DNA of 64,000 bases from Mustelus asterias (Eukaryota), in contig NW_027590170.1 in the NCBI RefSeq assembly GCF_964213995.1, positions 434,001 to 498,000 of the forward strand. Direction: 5' to 3'. Below the pieces are notes generated by a model. It was not told where the DNA came from and ran no database searches. It saw only the letters and a program-made list of their open reading frames with translations. Below, one piece after another: positions 1 through 11,668 of this stretch (its first letter is position 1; the number at the start of each line of letters is the position of its first letter). The position numbers and the translations under genes are program-made.

Positions 1-330
1 TTTCCTCCGTTCCTTCACTGTCCCTCGGTCTCTGTAAATATTCTAGTATTCCCTCCCTAATCGCGCTCTGGGTGTACATACACGACAGAGACTGCAACCG
101 TTCAAGAAGGCAGTTCACCTCCACCTTATGAAGATAAATTAGAGATTGGTAATTTCTGCTGGCATCGCCTGGATTAAAAAACATAAATAATGTACTCGAG
201 ACCAAGTAGAGCATTTCAAGCACAACTGTTGGTCACCTGATGAGCGTTTGGGCTCTCGCTGCCTGGAATTTCGACTGAAAGTTCAGAACTGGATTCCCCA
301 TTACAATCCTTGACTTTCATTTTAAACTGT

Positions 331-441
331 GGGCGTGGCCTAATTTGCCGATGTTCGGATCTGAAGTATTTCAATTCATCTCTGCGATCCGGTCTCCCAG
401 AGCAGTCCAGCACTGCAGTCTCCAGCTCCCCGCCATATAAA
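331..441 (+). promoter_or_regulatory. NAR-TCR V1 promoter (GC box and TATA)
   Basis: GGGCGTGG at 331-338 and TATAAA at 436-441, about 25-30 bp before the ATG at 466. Both motifs are conserved in the paralogous minus-strand promoter (about 15617-15625 and 16387-16394). Confidence 0.6.
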
Positions 442-465
442 CCATCAGCTCCAGGCAGCAGAGCA

Positions 466-508
466 ATGAGAGTCCTCCTTGTTTTCACTGTGTGTGTCTA
501 TTTATCCC
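466..508 (+). CDS. Leader exon of NAR-TCR V1 (MRVLLVFTVCVYLS, phase 1)
   Basis: ATG at 466, hydrophobic 14 codons, GTGAGT donor at 509, intron 509-649 ends in tttccag. Confidence 0.9.
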
Positions 509-649
509 GTGAGTACCGACCACATCAAACTACATTGTGTGGATTGAATATAAAGCTGCCCCAGTCCACCCCCCTTACAGACACTGTCACACTATAGTTG
601 TGTGGTTCAGCTCCGATGGTCTATTAAACTCTCTGTGTTTAATTTCCAG

Positions 650-940
650 GATCGTTCAGTCAGTCAGTGACACAGAGTCCGACAGCCGTGACCAGGGAGG
701 AGTGTCAGTCTCTCACCATCACCTGTGTTTTACATGGAGTTTATGATTTAGAAACTGGTCATTTTTTCAGACAAACCCAGACCGGGACAGAGCGGGAGCA
801 GATCTCCAGCGGAGGGAGATTTGTTGTGTCTGTGAATAAAGGAGAAAAGACATTTTCAATGGAAATTCAGGACATGAGAGTTGAAGACACTGCCACCTAT
901 TACTGTAAAGCTCAGTACTGGTACTACACACAGAGGACAC
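650..940 (+). CDS. NAR-TCR (IgNAR-like) V exon, intact, probably with a fused D remnant at the 3' end
   Basis: RSFSQSVTQSPTAVTREECQSLTITCVLHGVYDLETGHFFRQTQTGTEREQISSGGRFVVSVNKGEKTFSMEIQDMRVEDTATYYCKAQYWYYTQRT. VNAR hallmarks: no CDR2 (E.ISSGGRF), canonical Cys pair, extra FR1 Cys. In frame with the leader. Confidence 0.9.
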
Positions 941-968
941 CACAATGGAATGGAGAAGGACAAATACC
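941..968 (+). other. 12-RSS 3' of NAR-TCR V1
   Basis: CACAATG (941-947), 12 bp GAATGGAGAAGG, ACAAATACC (960-968). Confidence 0.8.
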
Positions 969-1296
969 CAAGGACAAAAAAAACCCCAGTAACTCCCAGC
1001 AATTCTCAGCTTAGGCAACTTAATCTGTCAGGATGATGTTATTCCCAATTCAACCTGGTTTAATTTCAGTGTAATTTCCTCCGATCAGTTATCATTCTTT
1101 AAGGTTTTTCTCCGTTAATAATAACCTTGCATCTCTGCTCCTGTTCCATTTTCCCAGGAGCTCAGAGAATCACAAAGGACAGTGTAATTCAATTATTTTT
1201 TTGATGCAATCTATGTTCATTATTGACCCCAGTCCCGTGAATAATTGAGAAACGCTGAGTGTCCGGTAATGCTGGCTGTTAGTTTGAGGTGTCAGT

Positions 1297-1388
1297 CATT
1301 CTTGTATTGGGCTGACTGAGAGCGGTGTCACTGTGGGGAGAATGGAGATTTGCAGATGGGTCTGGGACGGTGCTGACTGTCACAGCCG
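1297..1388 (+). other. NAR-TCR J1 with 23-RSS
   Basis: CATTCTTGT (1297-1305), 23 bp spacer, CACTGTG (1329-1335). Coding 1336-1388 reads GEWRFADGSGTVLTVTA (NAR-type DGxGTVLTV), then a phase-1 GTAAGT donor. Confidence 0.88.
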
Positions 1389-1735
1389 GTAAGTGACTCC
1401 AAATCCCTCCGTGTTACAGACTGTCCTGGTTAGTATTCACCGTCAGTTTATATTCGTTTTTAGTATCACTTCAATTCGCTGCTTCTAAAGCAGGGTGGTT
1501 TCCAGAGGAAGATTCTCAATTGCAGATTTAGACTTGGGAGCAGGGTAAGAAACTGAACTCGGGTTTGGCTGTGAGAACGGATTGAAGCAGTGTGAGACCC
1601 CAAATGACGAGTATCCTACGGGGAACGAGATTCAGCTGACCCCACCTGGACCATTATTGATTTAAGGGAGGTATCGCGTGATCCTCACAACAACCTGCAC
1701 TCTCACTCTCCATACTGGTTTCCATGAGCGCACAT

Positions 1736-2075
1736 TAGGGGAGGCGGTGGCCAAGTGGAATTATCGCTGGACTATTAATTCAAAAACACAGCTAAAGTCC
1801 TGGTGAGCCCCACCAGGGCAGATGGTGGAATTTCAATTCAATAAAAAGTGTCTGGAATCAAGAATCTACTGATGACCATGAAACCATTTTCGATTGTTCA
1901 AAAAACCCATCTGCTTCACAAATGTGTTTCAGGGAAGGAAATCTGTCGTGATTACTTGGCCTGGCCTACATGTGATTGCAGAGCCACAGCAATGTCGTTG
2001 ACTCTCAACTGCCCTGGGTAACTAGGGATGGGCAGCCAGGCAGCGACGCCGCCCATTTCTCATGAATGAATAAAA
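1736..2075 (+). mobile_element. Old tRNA-derived SINE (second family; further copies about 2895-3250 -, 21320-21700 -, 51335-51660 -, 57805-58150 -, 61095-61400 +)
   Basis: Shared core GGAAGGAAATCTG..CCTTAC.TGG.CTGGCCTACATGTGAC...TTGACTCTCAACTGCCCT recurs at these positions. Family name not assigned. Confidence 0.65.
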
Positions 2076-4413
2076 AACTCCGAACTCTGCTCCCTGCTCT
2101 CCACTGGAAGAGAGCAGAGTCACTGGGCGCAGGATTTCTCTGTGCTCCAGGAAATGTGGATGAGATACCGGGAGAGGTAACCCAATATTACAGCGGCCGG
2201 TCCAATACCTGCCGCGTCAGGGGAAACGGGAACGTGACGCACATAGCTTCAAGAGATCATTTTATAGTTGAACATGGCATTTCATTCTTGTATAATCAGT
2301 GACTAAAATAATTTTATTCTACCTGATTTTTATTTCCTTCCTATAAACAGTCATTTCTGCTTTGACAGAATTGTAAAAAGTGTGAATTGCATTCTCTTGC
2401 ACATATTGAAAGACAACGGTGGACCAATCTGTTTGCATTATTTTTTCTCGATTTCAAAAACATGGCATTGTGCTCATTGAAGTATAATCAATCGTTCAAG
2501 GATTGGGTTGTGTCGAGGCTGAGGGTGCTGAACCGTTCCATGGATTTTATTTTTGAGTACTAATGGAATCAATGGATTTGGGAATAGATTAGCATTAAGG
2601 TAGATGATCAGAACTAAACTTCTTGAATTGTACAGCAGGCCCCCTAGTTGGATTGGTCTACCACGAGTCTATTTCTTATGTATCTTATTATCAGCTTGAA
2701 TTTCTTACATTCCTGAGAAAATAAGTAACCAGTAATGTGTATGGACATCGAAAGTTTGGTAAAGCATTGCCATTTGTCTCTCGAAGGCGAGGAAGACATG
2801 AAAAAAATAGCATAGAAACATTTAACGTTATGTATTGTTTCAAGGAGGTGTGCAAAAACATGTGCAAAAACTGATACTTCGGTCGGAGAGGTTTGTTTAA
2901 TTCATTCGTGTGACATGGTTTCGCTGGCTGGCCAGCATGTATTAGTCACCCTTGAAATCAATGGCTGGCTAGGCCATTTCGGAGGATAGTTGAGAGTCAA
3001 ACACATTGCCGTGTCTCTGGAGTTATGTGTAGGCCAGACCAAGTAAGGACGGAAGATTTCCTTCCTTGAAGGAAGGAAAGCAAATGGGATTTTCCAACAA
3101 TCGATGATGGTTTCATGGTCAACGGTAGATTCTTAATTCCAAGTTTGTTTATTTATTGAAGTCAAATTCTACCAGCTGCCGAGACAGGATTCGAACCTGT
3201 GTGTCCAGAACAAAAATATATTTACTCATGAAATTACTACCAGACCAGATAGAAACATTCGGGTATATTTACCCAGAGACACATTCGAGTTTATGTGGAG
3301 AAACGGCGCGATGAATTTATGGCACAGCTTGAAAAATATGGGCGGGAGAAAGGAATAAATAGACGTAGGGGTCAGGCTGTTAATTGTTATTTCCTGTTCG
3401 AGAGGAGAAGTGACGCACAAGAACAAGCTTCGACCAGCTGGGCCGAATGCCTTATTCGTGGTAAGTGGAAAATGTTGAATCTAAAAGTTAGAGGCAATTC
3501 TGTTCGGAAAGGACAGAGAACAGCCAGCCAATGGACGAAAGGGAGTGAAATTCGCACATACCCTGAAGGCAGTTCCCAGTGAGTAACAATGAAACCACTG
3601 CGGAAATTGAACTAGCTGAACCCAACCGACAACTTAGGGAAAGTAGGACAAGTTCCAGTGACGGTTAGAAACCACCAAGAACAGACAGAAAACATCTCAG
3701 ATGTAGAAATAATATGAAATCAACTTGCAAATATTTATATTCTAAGTAAAACGATTGAATTGATGGACTGAAACAGACAAATAGCCCAATGGCAGACAGG
3801 AGTTACCTTGCAGTGTTGAACTACGGCCAGTGGTTAGTCTTTGACCCACAGATACATATTGTCTGTTCGGATTAACAGGTGCAGACCAATATCTCTGCCC
3901 TGTGCTGAACCTTGATAAGCGCAGGGACATTAAAAAGCCTCATTTTCCTTTGGGCCATCAAATCTAGCCAGCAATTATTTCAGCGAGGAGAAGAGTGAAT
4001 TTTCATGATTTATTTCTCTGGTTTGATATTTCACCAATATATTTTTCAGCAGATGTTTAATAAAAATAGAGTCATATTTCGCAAAAAGTATACAATTCTG
4101 TCAATAATGACAGTAATTTGAAGGTGCTGCCAATGTACGCATTCGCCCTTCTTTCGTCCCCTTGGCACTGGAATCTTGCCCTGTCCCAGAAGTCTTTTTC
4201 CTCCTCAATTACCGTTTGAAAGTTAATGTTAAGTCTTCTCTCAGCACTGCCCCTTCCGCAGTGCACTTCACGTGAGTGCTATTATCGGTGAAAATAAAAA
4301 CTGAAGATCTGCTACGCTTGTCCATTTCCAATAATCAATGCAATTTGAAACAAATTCACAGAATGCCGACAGTGGCTAACAAAAAAACAATCCATTTTAT
4401 TTCTATCCTGCAG

Positions 4414-4719
4414 ATTCCAGCTCATCTGTGTCACCAAGTTCACTGCCCCAAACCTGTGCTGCAGATGACACGGTTACTCTAATCTGTGAATATTCAGGAA
4501 TTTGTCAGTACACAGTACACTGGTATCGTCAGTCCCCAGGACAGGCTCCGAAATACATGCTTCAGACACACACATCAGGAGAGGAGAGTAACGAAAACGC
4601 TGCCGGGGGCAGAATTTCTGTTTATATGCGTTCTTCAGTCAAATTCAGCCGGTTAGAGATCACCAAACTACAACTGAGCGACTCCGCTGTTTATTACTGT
4701 GCAGTGAGTCGTCTGACAG
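4414..4719 (+). CDS. Supporting TCR V-delta exon (leaderless) of NAR-TCR cassette 1, intact
   Basis: Acceptor cctgcag at 4413, phase matches the J1 donor. DSSSSVSPSSLPQTCAADDTVTLICEYSGICQYTVHWYRQSPGQAPKYMLQTHTSG...LSDSAVYYCAVSRLT. The CDR1 Cys is typical of NAR-TCR supporting V-delta. No leader seen upstream. Confidence 0.9.
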
Positions 4720-4819
4720 CACAATGACACAGAACACGGAGAGAGCTGTACAGAAACCTGAACATGGTGAGGATTGCAGACACAGTGATACAGAACACGG
4801 AGAGAGGTGCACAGAAACC
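4720..4819 (+). other. Two tandem 23-RSS after supporting V-delta 1
   Basis: CACAATG(4720)-23-ACAGAAACC(4750) and CACAGTG(4781)-23-ACAGAAACC(4811); 61-bp period. Confidence 0.9.
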
Positions 4820-4984
4820 TAAACATGGCGAGGGTTACTGATTCTTGTACTCTTCACTATGATAAGGTATTTCCATATGTCTCTCTCCATCTCCCTTCCC
4901 CCCCACCACCATCCCCCCACCCCGCTACCCCCCCCCCCCCCCCCGCTCTTTCCCCTCCCCCTCTTTCCCCCCACCTCCCGCCTC

Positions 4985-5253
4985 ATCCACCTTCTCTGCT
5001 TCCCATTTCTCTCTTAGTGTTGGACAAATTATTCACCAAGACTCGCTTCCACAGCCACATTTCCTTGCTCAGTGACTGTCTTCGTCTCTGACTTGCCCCA
5101 TGTGGATTTCAACTCAAGTTCCATCCCGCATGTAACTTCCAGGATTACAGGTACCAGCTTTGTCAAAGAGTCATCTGGACTCGAAACGACAACTCTTTTC
5201 TCTCCTTATAGATGACGCCAGACTTGCTGAGATTTTCCATCATTTTCGCTTTC
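4985..5253 (+). mobile_element. Penelope-like element fragment (ORF N-terminus and pLTR piece)
   Basis: LVLDKLFTKTRFHSHISLLSDCLRL-like reading, followed by GAGTCATCTGGACTCGAAAC...CTGAGATTTTCC, which recurs at about 17310, 28265, 46335, 55850 and 56380. Confidence 0.55.
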
Positions 5254-5376
5254 ATCTGTAATTCTCACCATGTTCAGGTTGTTGTACAGCTCTCTCCGTG
5301 TTCTGCAAGACGGTGTCTGTAATCCTCACCATGTATATGTTTTTATACAGCTCTCTACTTCTTCTGTGTCATTATG

Positions 5377-5681
5377 CTGTGCGCCGAGTCAGTGCACAGT
5401 AATACAGAGCGGAGTCGCTCAGTTGTAGTTTGGAGATCTTTAACTGGGTGATTGTCTCGGCAGAATCGACGGAAGCAGAAATTCTCCCCCCGGCAGTGTT
5501 TTCTTCATTGTCCCCTCCTGAAGTGTGTGTCTGAAGCAGATATTTCGGAGCCTGCCCTGGGTATTGACTGTACCAGTGTACTGTGTACTGACAGATTCCT
5601 GAATATTCACACGCAAAGTAACCGTCTCACCGGCAACAGAGATTTGGAGCGCCAGACTCTAGGACGTGAGGGAGCTGGAAG
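5377..5681 (-). pseudogene. Supporting TCR V-delta of cassette 2 (pseudogene)
   Basis: Paralog of 4414-4719 (CEYSGICQYTVHWY..PGQAPKYLLQTHTSG..LSDSALYYCALTR). Early TAG, -1 frameshift before the first Cys, RSS heptamer decayed to CATAATG, second decayed RSS at about 5275-5314. Confidence 0.88.
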
Positions 5682-8526
5682 CTGGAAGGGAAGGATGAAC
5701 ATTATTTGTTTGTTTTCCTCACTGAAATTGACCATTGAGTGAACATACCTTTTTTTTCCCTGACTTCAAGCCTGATCGAACCAGATTCACTATGATTGAA
5801 ATATCAAATATGACGAAATGGGGAATAAAGTGGTATTATCAATTTGCATAGCGAATGTTTCCGATCTGGAATACAAGGTCAGAATTGGTTGTGGAAACAG
5901 ATTTTTTTTGTAACTGTCAAACCTATAATGGAGTTGTGTTACAACAGCGAAAGCTGTCGGGCTATGGGGGAAAGTATAGGTGGCGTGGGAACTCTTGGCT
6001 TGCACATTTAAAGTGACAGCACCTACCCGAGGGGCCGAATATCTTCCTTCCCAACAGTATGATTGTATGATATTATTCCGTTACTATTTCTTATTTCCTT
6101 GGTGAGAGACAAACTCGAAGGAACACCTTAAAGTCAGTGAGGTGATCAGTTTCCAAAAATGATTCATTGAGAGCAAGCCAACTGCGTTTTATTGGTGCGC
6201 GCAGCAAGACGCAAAATAAAGCAGGTAGATTCATCAGCACCAATTGATGAACATCAGTGTTCAAGTGTCAAACATTTATTTCATTTTAACATTTTCCGGC
6301 AGTTTATATCTGTTTTTGCTCTTTCTGTCTCGTTTTCAATTATATCCAAATTTCTCCTGTCTCTCCAATTTGAAATGATTAATTTATTCAATTTATTTAA
6401 TTTGGCATTTCCTTTGGGTTTCTTGCAAACGTGGGAACTTGTCCCAAAGCCTTTCACTTGTTGGTTGTGTTCAGTCTGTTCACAGTGGTTTTACAGCTAC
6501 TCACTGGGAACTGCCTCTTCCGGCTCCCTGACAATTTCAATTATTTTTTGCCCATTAACTAATTTTCCACCGGATTCTCTGTACAGAGTTGTCTCCCAGT
6601 TTACATGATACAGAAACTGTATAAGAGGAACAGACCATTTGACCCACCTGGTACATGGCTGTGTACCTAGTCCAGGACAATCTCTCGATCCGAAAGACAT
6701 TCCACCATTTACACTCACCTCCATGTGTCAATCTATTTTACCCTCTTCCTGTATTACCAGGACTTCCCACGAATATATCAATATTTTCTGCTCCAAATTC
6801 TCTCATTGGCATCAAATTACAGATTCTTACGTGTCTTGGTTTAAATTTATTTTTCTGAATATCTATATTTTTCTGATAGTCAGGATCACATATTGATGGC
6901 CTATTGCTCTACATTCACCCAGAAATAAATAATTTCGCCATGTACAAAACCCGTTCATAACTTGAACCTGTTCATAATTTAAAAGATATTCTGTGAATTC
7001 CCCTCATGGGTTTTTGTTTTCCACAGAAAAGGCACCCAACGAGTTCAACCGCTCCAGAGAGACATGGATAATTGCTGATATATTTCCTCAGACATGTAAA
7101 TTATCAAAGCTGACAACAAGCAGGGGTGTCCACACAAACATTAATACCTGCTCTCCACCCAGCAGTATTGTGGCTGATCTCTTAATTGAACATCACATTC
7201 CCACAAAGTGACCTTATTGTATCCATTAATCCATCGCGCACTGCCTTGAATACACTCAACAACTGAGTGTCCAATATCTGTGAGATATTGTGTGCCACAG
7301 ATTTATAACAATCTTTTGACTGAAGAAAGGTATTTTCCTCTTATCCCTAATGTCTGATCCACATGTTATGTAACTGTGACCATTCGATACAGACTCCTAT
7401 CTTCAGGGAATGCCCACCATTTCAGGAATGAATCTGGTGAACATTAATTGCAGTCCCTTCACATCATGTCGAGCCTGACTTAATTTATAGACTAAAACTT
7501 TGCACATTGGGGCTCATTTGAGGTATGTTCTGCTCAGCCTCGCGCATTACCCAGGTATGAATGCAGATCATTCAATCGTTCTCCCCTTTTGCAACAATTA
7601 TTTATTGCTGCTTTTAAGTAAACATTCTCCCCGTTTATAATTGTTCATTCATGTTCGCGCTTCGCTTCATAGGATTAAGGCATCTTCCTAAGACTCGAAC
7701 AGCACTGTGTTGTTTCACTTAACAGCAATCAGCGAAATACATAATTACAGCAATCCCTCATCTCAAACATTTACACTCAATATAGAGGAATGTATTCAGT
7801 TCCAAGCTTTCACATATCGGTCTGACAGCGAATAAAAAGAGCAAAGTGATTGGTTATGTGAAGAAGATTTAAATACATGACTGGTAAAATCTCACTAATT
7901 TCAACCACAAGTTTCCGAATATTTATGAATCTGAAGCCTGTTGTGTCAGGTTTGATCTGGGTGACGTATTGAAGTAGCGGCTGTTGTTACCCAAAATGGC
8001 CGCAGTCGTGTTCAGGTTATTCACCCATGCCTCTTTCAAATTGCATTACTCGGAGTACAAACTGCTGCCCAGGCGTGAGCTTGGCGAATCTGCTGCCTTG
8101 CTTCGAGCCTGCACTTCCATTCAATGCGGTCATGGCTGATCCAGGACCTCAGTGCCATATTCTTCCTTTTCCAAAAACCCTTGGTGTCATTAAAATCTAA
8201 AAAGAAAAATCGATTTCCTTCGACAATACATTCAGTGACTTTTTCCTCCACAGCCTTCTGCAGTAGCTGATTTCTAGAGGTACACGACCCTTGGAGTGAA
8301 GAAAATTTTTCTCAACTCAGTCCTAAATCAGGATCCCATATCCTGATACTGCACCCCCTGCTTCTCGAGGTCCCAACCGGGGAAAACATCCTTCCTGCAT
8401 CTAAGCTGTCCAGCTCTCTTAGAATGCTATACATTTCAATCAGATCTTCTCTCATCCTTCTAACAGGGAGCGTTAGGTTTTTTAGGGAATATAAAGACTG
8501 ACAAATCCCCAGGGCCTGATGGAATC

Positions 8527-8878
8527 ATAGAAAGAAATCAAAGAAACCCTACAGTGCAGAAACAGGCCATTCGGCCCATCAAGTCTGCACCGACCACAAT
8601 CCCACCCAGGCCCTACTGCCATATCCCTACACATATTACCCGGTAATCCCTCTGACCTACGCATCTCCGGACACTAAGGGGCAATTTTAGCATGGCCAAT
8701 CAACCTAACCCGCACATCTTTGGACTGTGGGAGGAAACCGGAGCACCCGGAGGAAACCCACACAGACACGAGGAGAATGTGCAAACTCCACACAGACAGT
8801 GACCCAAGCCGGGAATCGAGCCCAGGACCCTGGAGTTGTGAAGCAGCAGTGCTAACCACTGTGCTACCGTGCCGCCCT
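8527..8878 (-). mobile_element. HE1-type V-SINE
   Basis: tRNA-like head GGGCGGCACGGTAGCACAGTGGTTAGCAC, V-domain GTGGAGTTTGCACATTCTCC...GGGTTTCCTCCGGGTGCTCCGGTTTCCTCCCACAGTCCAAAG, CR1-like tail. TSD TGGAATC at 8520-8526 and 8879-8885. Confidence 0.92.
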
Positions 8879-9360
8879 TGGAATCTATCCAAGGCTGCTC
8901 AGGGAGACGAGAGATGAAATCGCTGGGCCTCTGACGCAAATCTTTGTCTCGTCACTGGACACAGGTGAGGTCACAGAGGATTGGAGGATAGCTAATGTGG
9001 TCCCGTTATTTAAGAAGGGTAGGAAGGATAACCCGGGAAATTATAGGCCGGTGAGCTTGACGTCCGTGGGAAGGAAGTTGTTGGAGAGGATTCTTAGAGA
9101 TAGGATGTATGCGCATTTAGAAAGGAGTAAAGTCATTAAGAATAGTCAGCATGGTTTTGTGAGAGGGAGGTCATGCCTCACTAACCTGGTGGAGATTGTT
9201 GAAGAAGTGACTAGAATGGTTGACGAGGGAAGGGCCATGGATGTCGTCTATATGGACTTTAGTAAGGCATTTGATAAAGTCCCTCATGGTAGGTTGGCGC
9301 AAAATGTTGGATCTCATGGGATAAAGTGGGAGGTGCCTAGATGGGTGGAGAACTGGCTTG

Positions 9361-10286
9361 CTCCGGAGCCTTCAACATGTCATTGATGAAGACGAACACC
9401 TCGCCAAGGCCATCCCCACACCCCCACTTCTTGCCTTCAAACAACCGCACAACCTCAAACAGACCATTGTCCGCAGCAAACTACCCAGCCTTCAGGAGAA
9501 CAGTGACTATGACACCACACAACCCTGCCACAGCAACCTCTGCAAGACGTGCCGGATCATCGACACACATGCCATCATCTCACGTGAGAACACCATCCAC
9601 CAGGTACACGGTACATACTCTTGCAATTCGGCCAACGTTGTCTACCTGATACGCTGCAAGAAAGGATGTCCCGAGGCATGGTACATTGGGGAAACTATGC
9701 AGACGCTGCGACAACGGATGAATGAACACCGCTCGACAATCACCAGGCAAGACTGTTCTCTTCCTGTTGGGGAGCACTTCAGCGGTCACGGGCATTCGGC
9801 CTCTGATATTCGGGTAAGCGTTCTCCAAGGCGGCCTTCGCGACACACGACAGCGCAGAGTCGCTGAGCAGAAACTGATAGCCAAGTTCCGCACACACGAG
9901 GACGACCTCAACCGGGATATTGGGTTCATGTCACACTATTTGTAACTCCCACAGTTGCGTGGACCTGCAGAGTTTCACTGGCTGTCTTGTCTGGAGACAA
10001 TACATATCTTTTTAGCCTGTCTTGATGCTCTCTCCACTCACATTGTTTCGTCTCTTAAAGACTTGATTAGTTGTAATTATTTGCATTCCAACCATTATTC
10101 ATGTAAATTGAGTCTGTGTCTTTATAAGCTCTGTTTGCGAACAGAATTCCCACTCACCAGAAGAAGGGGCTAAGAGCTCCGAAAGCTTGTGTGGCTTTTG
10201 CTACCAAATAAACCTGTTGGACTTTAACCTGGTGTTGTTAAACTTCTTACTGTGTTTACCCCAGTCCAACGCCGGCATCTCCACAT
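9361..10286 (+). mobile_element. Penelope-like element, 5'-truncated (GIY-YIG endonuclease and pLTR)
   Basis: ORF to 9945 with NVVYLIRC..C..AWYIGET..LRQRMNEH..VGEHF..H. pLTR 9946-10286 carries a hammerhead-like motif at about 10150-10195. Flanked by CTTG (9357-9360, 10287-10290). Confidence 0.92.
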
Positions 10287-10577
10287 CTTGGTCACAGAAG
10301 ACAGAGGGTGGTAGTGGAAGGGTCTTATTCCGGCTCGATGCCTGTGACTAGTGGTGTTCCGCAGGGCTCTGTATTGGGACCCCTGCTGTTTGTGATTTAT
10401 ATAAACGATCTGGAAGAAGGTGTAACTGGGGTGATCAGTAAGTTTGCGGACGACACGAAAATGGCTGGACTTGCAGATAGTGAGGAACATTTTCAGAGGC
10501 TACAGAAGGATAAAGATAGGCTGGAAATTTGGGCAAAGAAATGGCAGATGGAGTTCAATCCAGTTCAATGCGAAGTG

Positions 10578-11668
10578 GCTGTTGCCTTGTGGATCCAGAA
10601 CTGGCTTGCCTGCAGAAGGCAGAGAGTGGCTGTGGTGGGGTCTTTCTCTGCATGGAGGTCAGTGACCAGTGGAGTGCCCCAGGGATCTGTTCTGGGACCC
10701 TTGCTGTTTGTCATTTTCATAAATGACCTGGATGAGGAAGTGGAGGGATGGGTTGGTAAGTTTGCTGACGACACCAAGGTAGGTGGTGTTGTGGATAGTT
10801 TGGAGGGATGTCAGAAGTTGCAGCGAGACATAGATAGAATGCAAGACTGGGCGGAGAAGTGGCAGATGGACTTCAACCCGGATAAGTCTGTAGTGATCCA
10901 TTTTGGCAGATCCAATGGGATGAAGCAGCAGTATAATATGAAGGGTACCATTCTTAGCAGTGTAGAGGATCAGAAGGACCTTGGGGTCCGGGTCCATAGG
11001 ACTCTTAAATCGGCCTCGCAGGTGGAGGATGCGGTCAAGAAGGCGTACGGCGTACTAGCCTTCATTAATCGAGGGATTGAGTTTAGGAGTCGGGAGATAA
11101 TGCTGCAGCTTTATAGGACCCTGGTTAGACCCCACTTGGAGTACTGCGCGCAGTTCTGGTCACCTCATTACAGGAAAGATGTTGAAGCCATTGAAAGGGT
11201 GCAGAGGAGATTTACAAGGATGTTGCCTGGATTGGGGGGCATGCCTTATGAGGATAGGTTGAGGGAGCTTGGTCTCTTCTCCCTGGAGAGACGAAGGATG
11301 AGAGGTGACCTGATAGAGGTTTACAAGATGTTGAGAGGTCTGGATAGGGTAGACTCTCAGAGGCTATTTCCAAGGGCTGAAATGGTTGCTACGAGAGGAC
11401 ACAGGTTTAAGGTGCTGGGGGGTAGGTACAGAGGAGATGTCAGGGGTAAGTGTTTCACTCAGAGGGTGGTGGGTGAGTGGAATCGGCTGACGTCGGTGGT
11501 GGTGGAGGCAAACTCGTTGGGGTCTTTTAAGAGATTTCTGGATGAGTACATGGGATTTAATGGGATTGAGGGCTATAGATAGGCCTAGAGGTAGGGATAT
11601 GATCAGCGCAACTTGTGGGCCGAAGGGCCTGTTTGTGCTGTGGCTTTCTATGTTCTATGTTCTATGTT
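10578..11668 (+). mobile_element. Young CR1 LINE 3' fragment inserted in the host CR1
   Basis: Uninterrupted RT and C-terminal ORF to the stop at 11582, (TTCTATG)n tail, TSD AAGTG at 10573-10577 and 11669-11673. Confidence 0.93.

Noticed and set aside
929-968. CACAGAG + 24 bp + ACAAATACC as an ordinary V 23-RSS for V1
   Set aside because: The spacer is 24, it is offset from the V2 heptamer position, and it could not pair with the 23-RSS J1 without a D. The exact 12-bp reading fits better, though this alternative is not fully excluded.
4720-4838. CRISPR-like or prokaryotic repeat array
   Set aside because: Only two units, both RSS. The window is vertebrate DNA with no cas genes.
8674-8939. 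Short ORFs over SINEs (also 12863-13196, 24240-24533, 29970-30247)
   Set aside because: Chance translations of HE1/V-SINE sequence.
9358-9945. Stand-alone GIY-YIG nuclease or homing endonuclease gene
   Set aside because: It is the 3' end of a truncated Penelope-like element, with pLTR and target duplication.
10308-11582. 424-aa ORF with duplicated RT motifs (GVPQGS..FADD twice) as a novel tandem RT
   Set aside because: It is an in-frame read-through from the host CR1 into a nested CR1 bounded by an AAGTG TSD.
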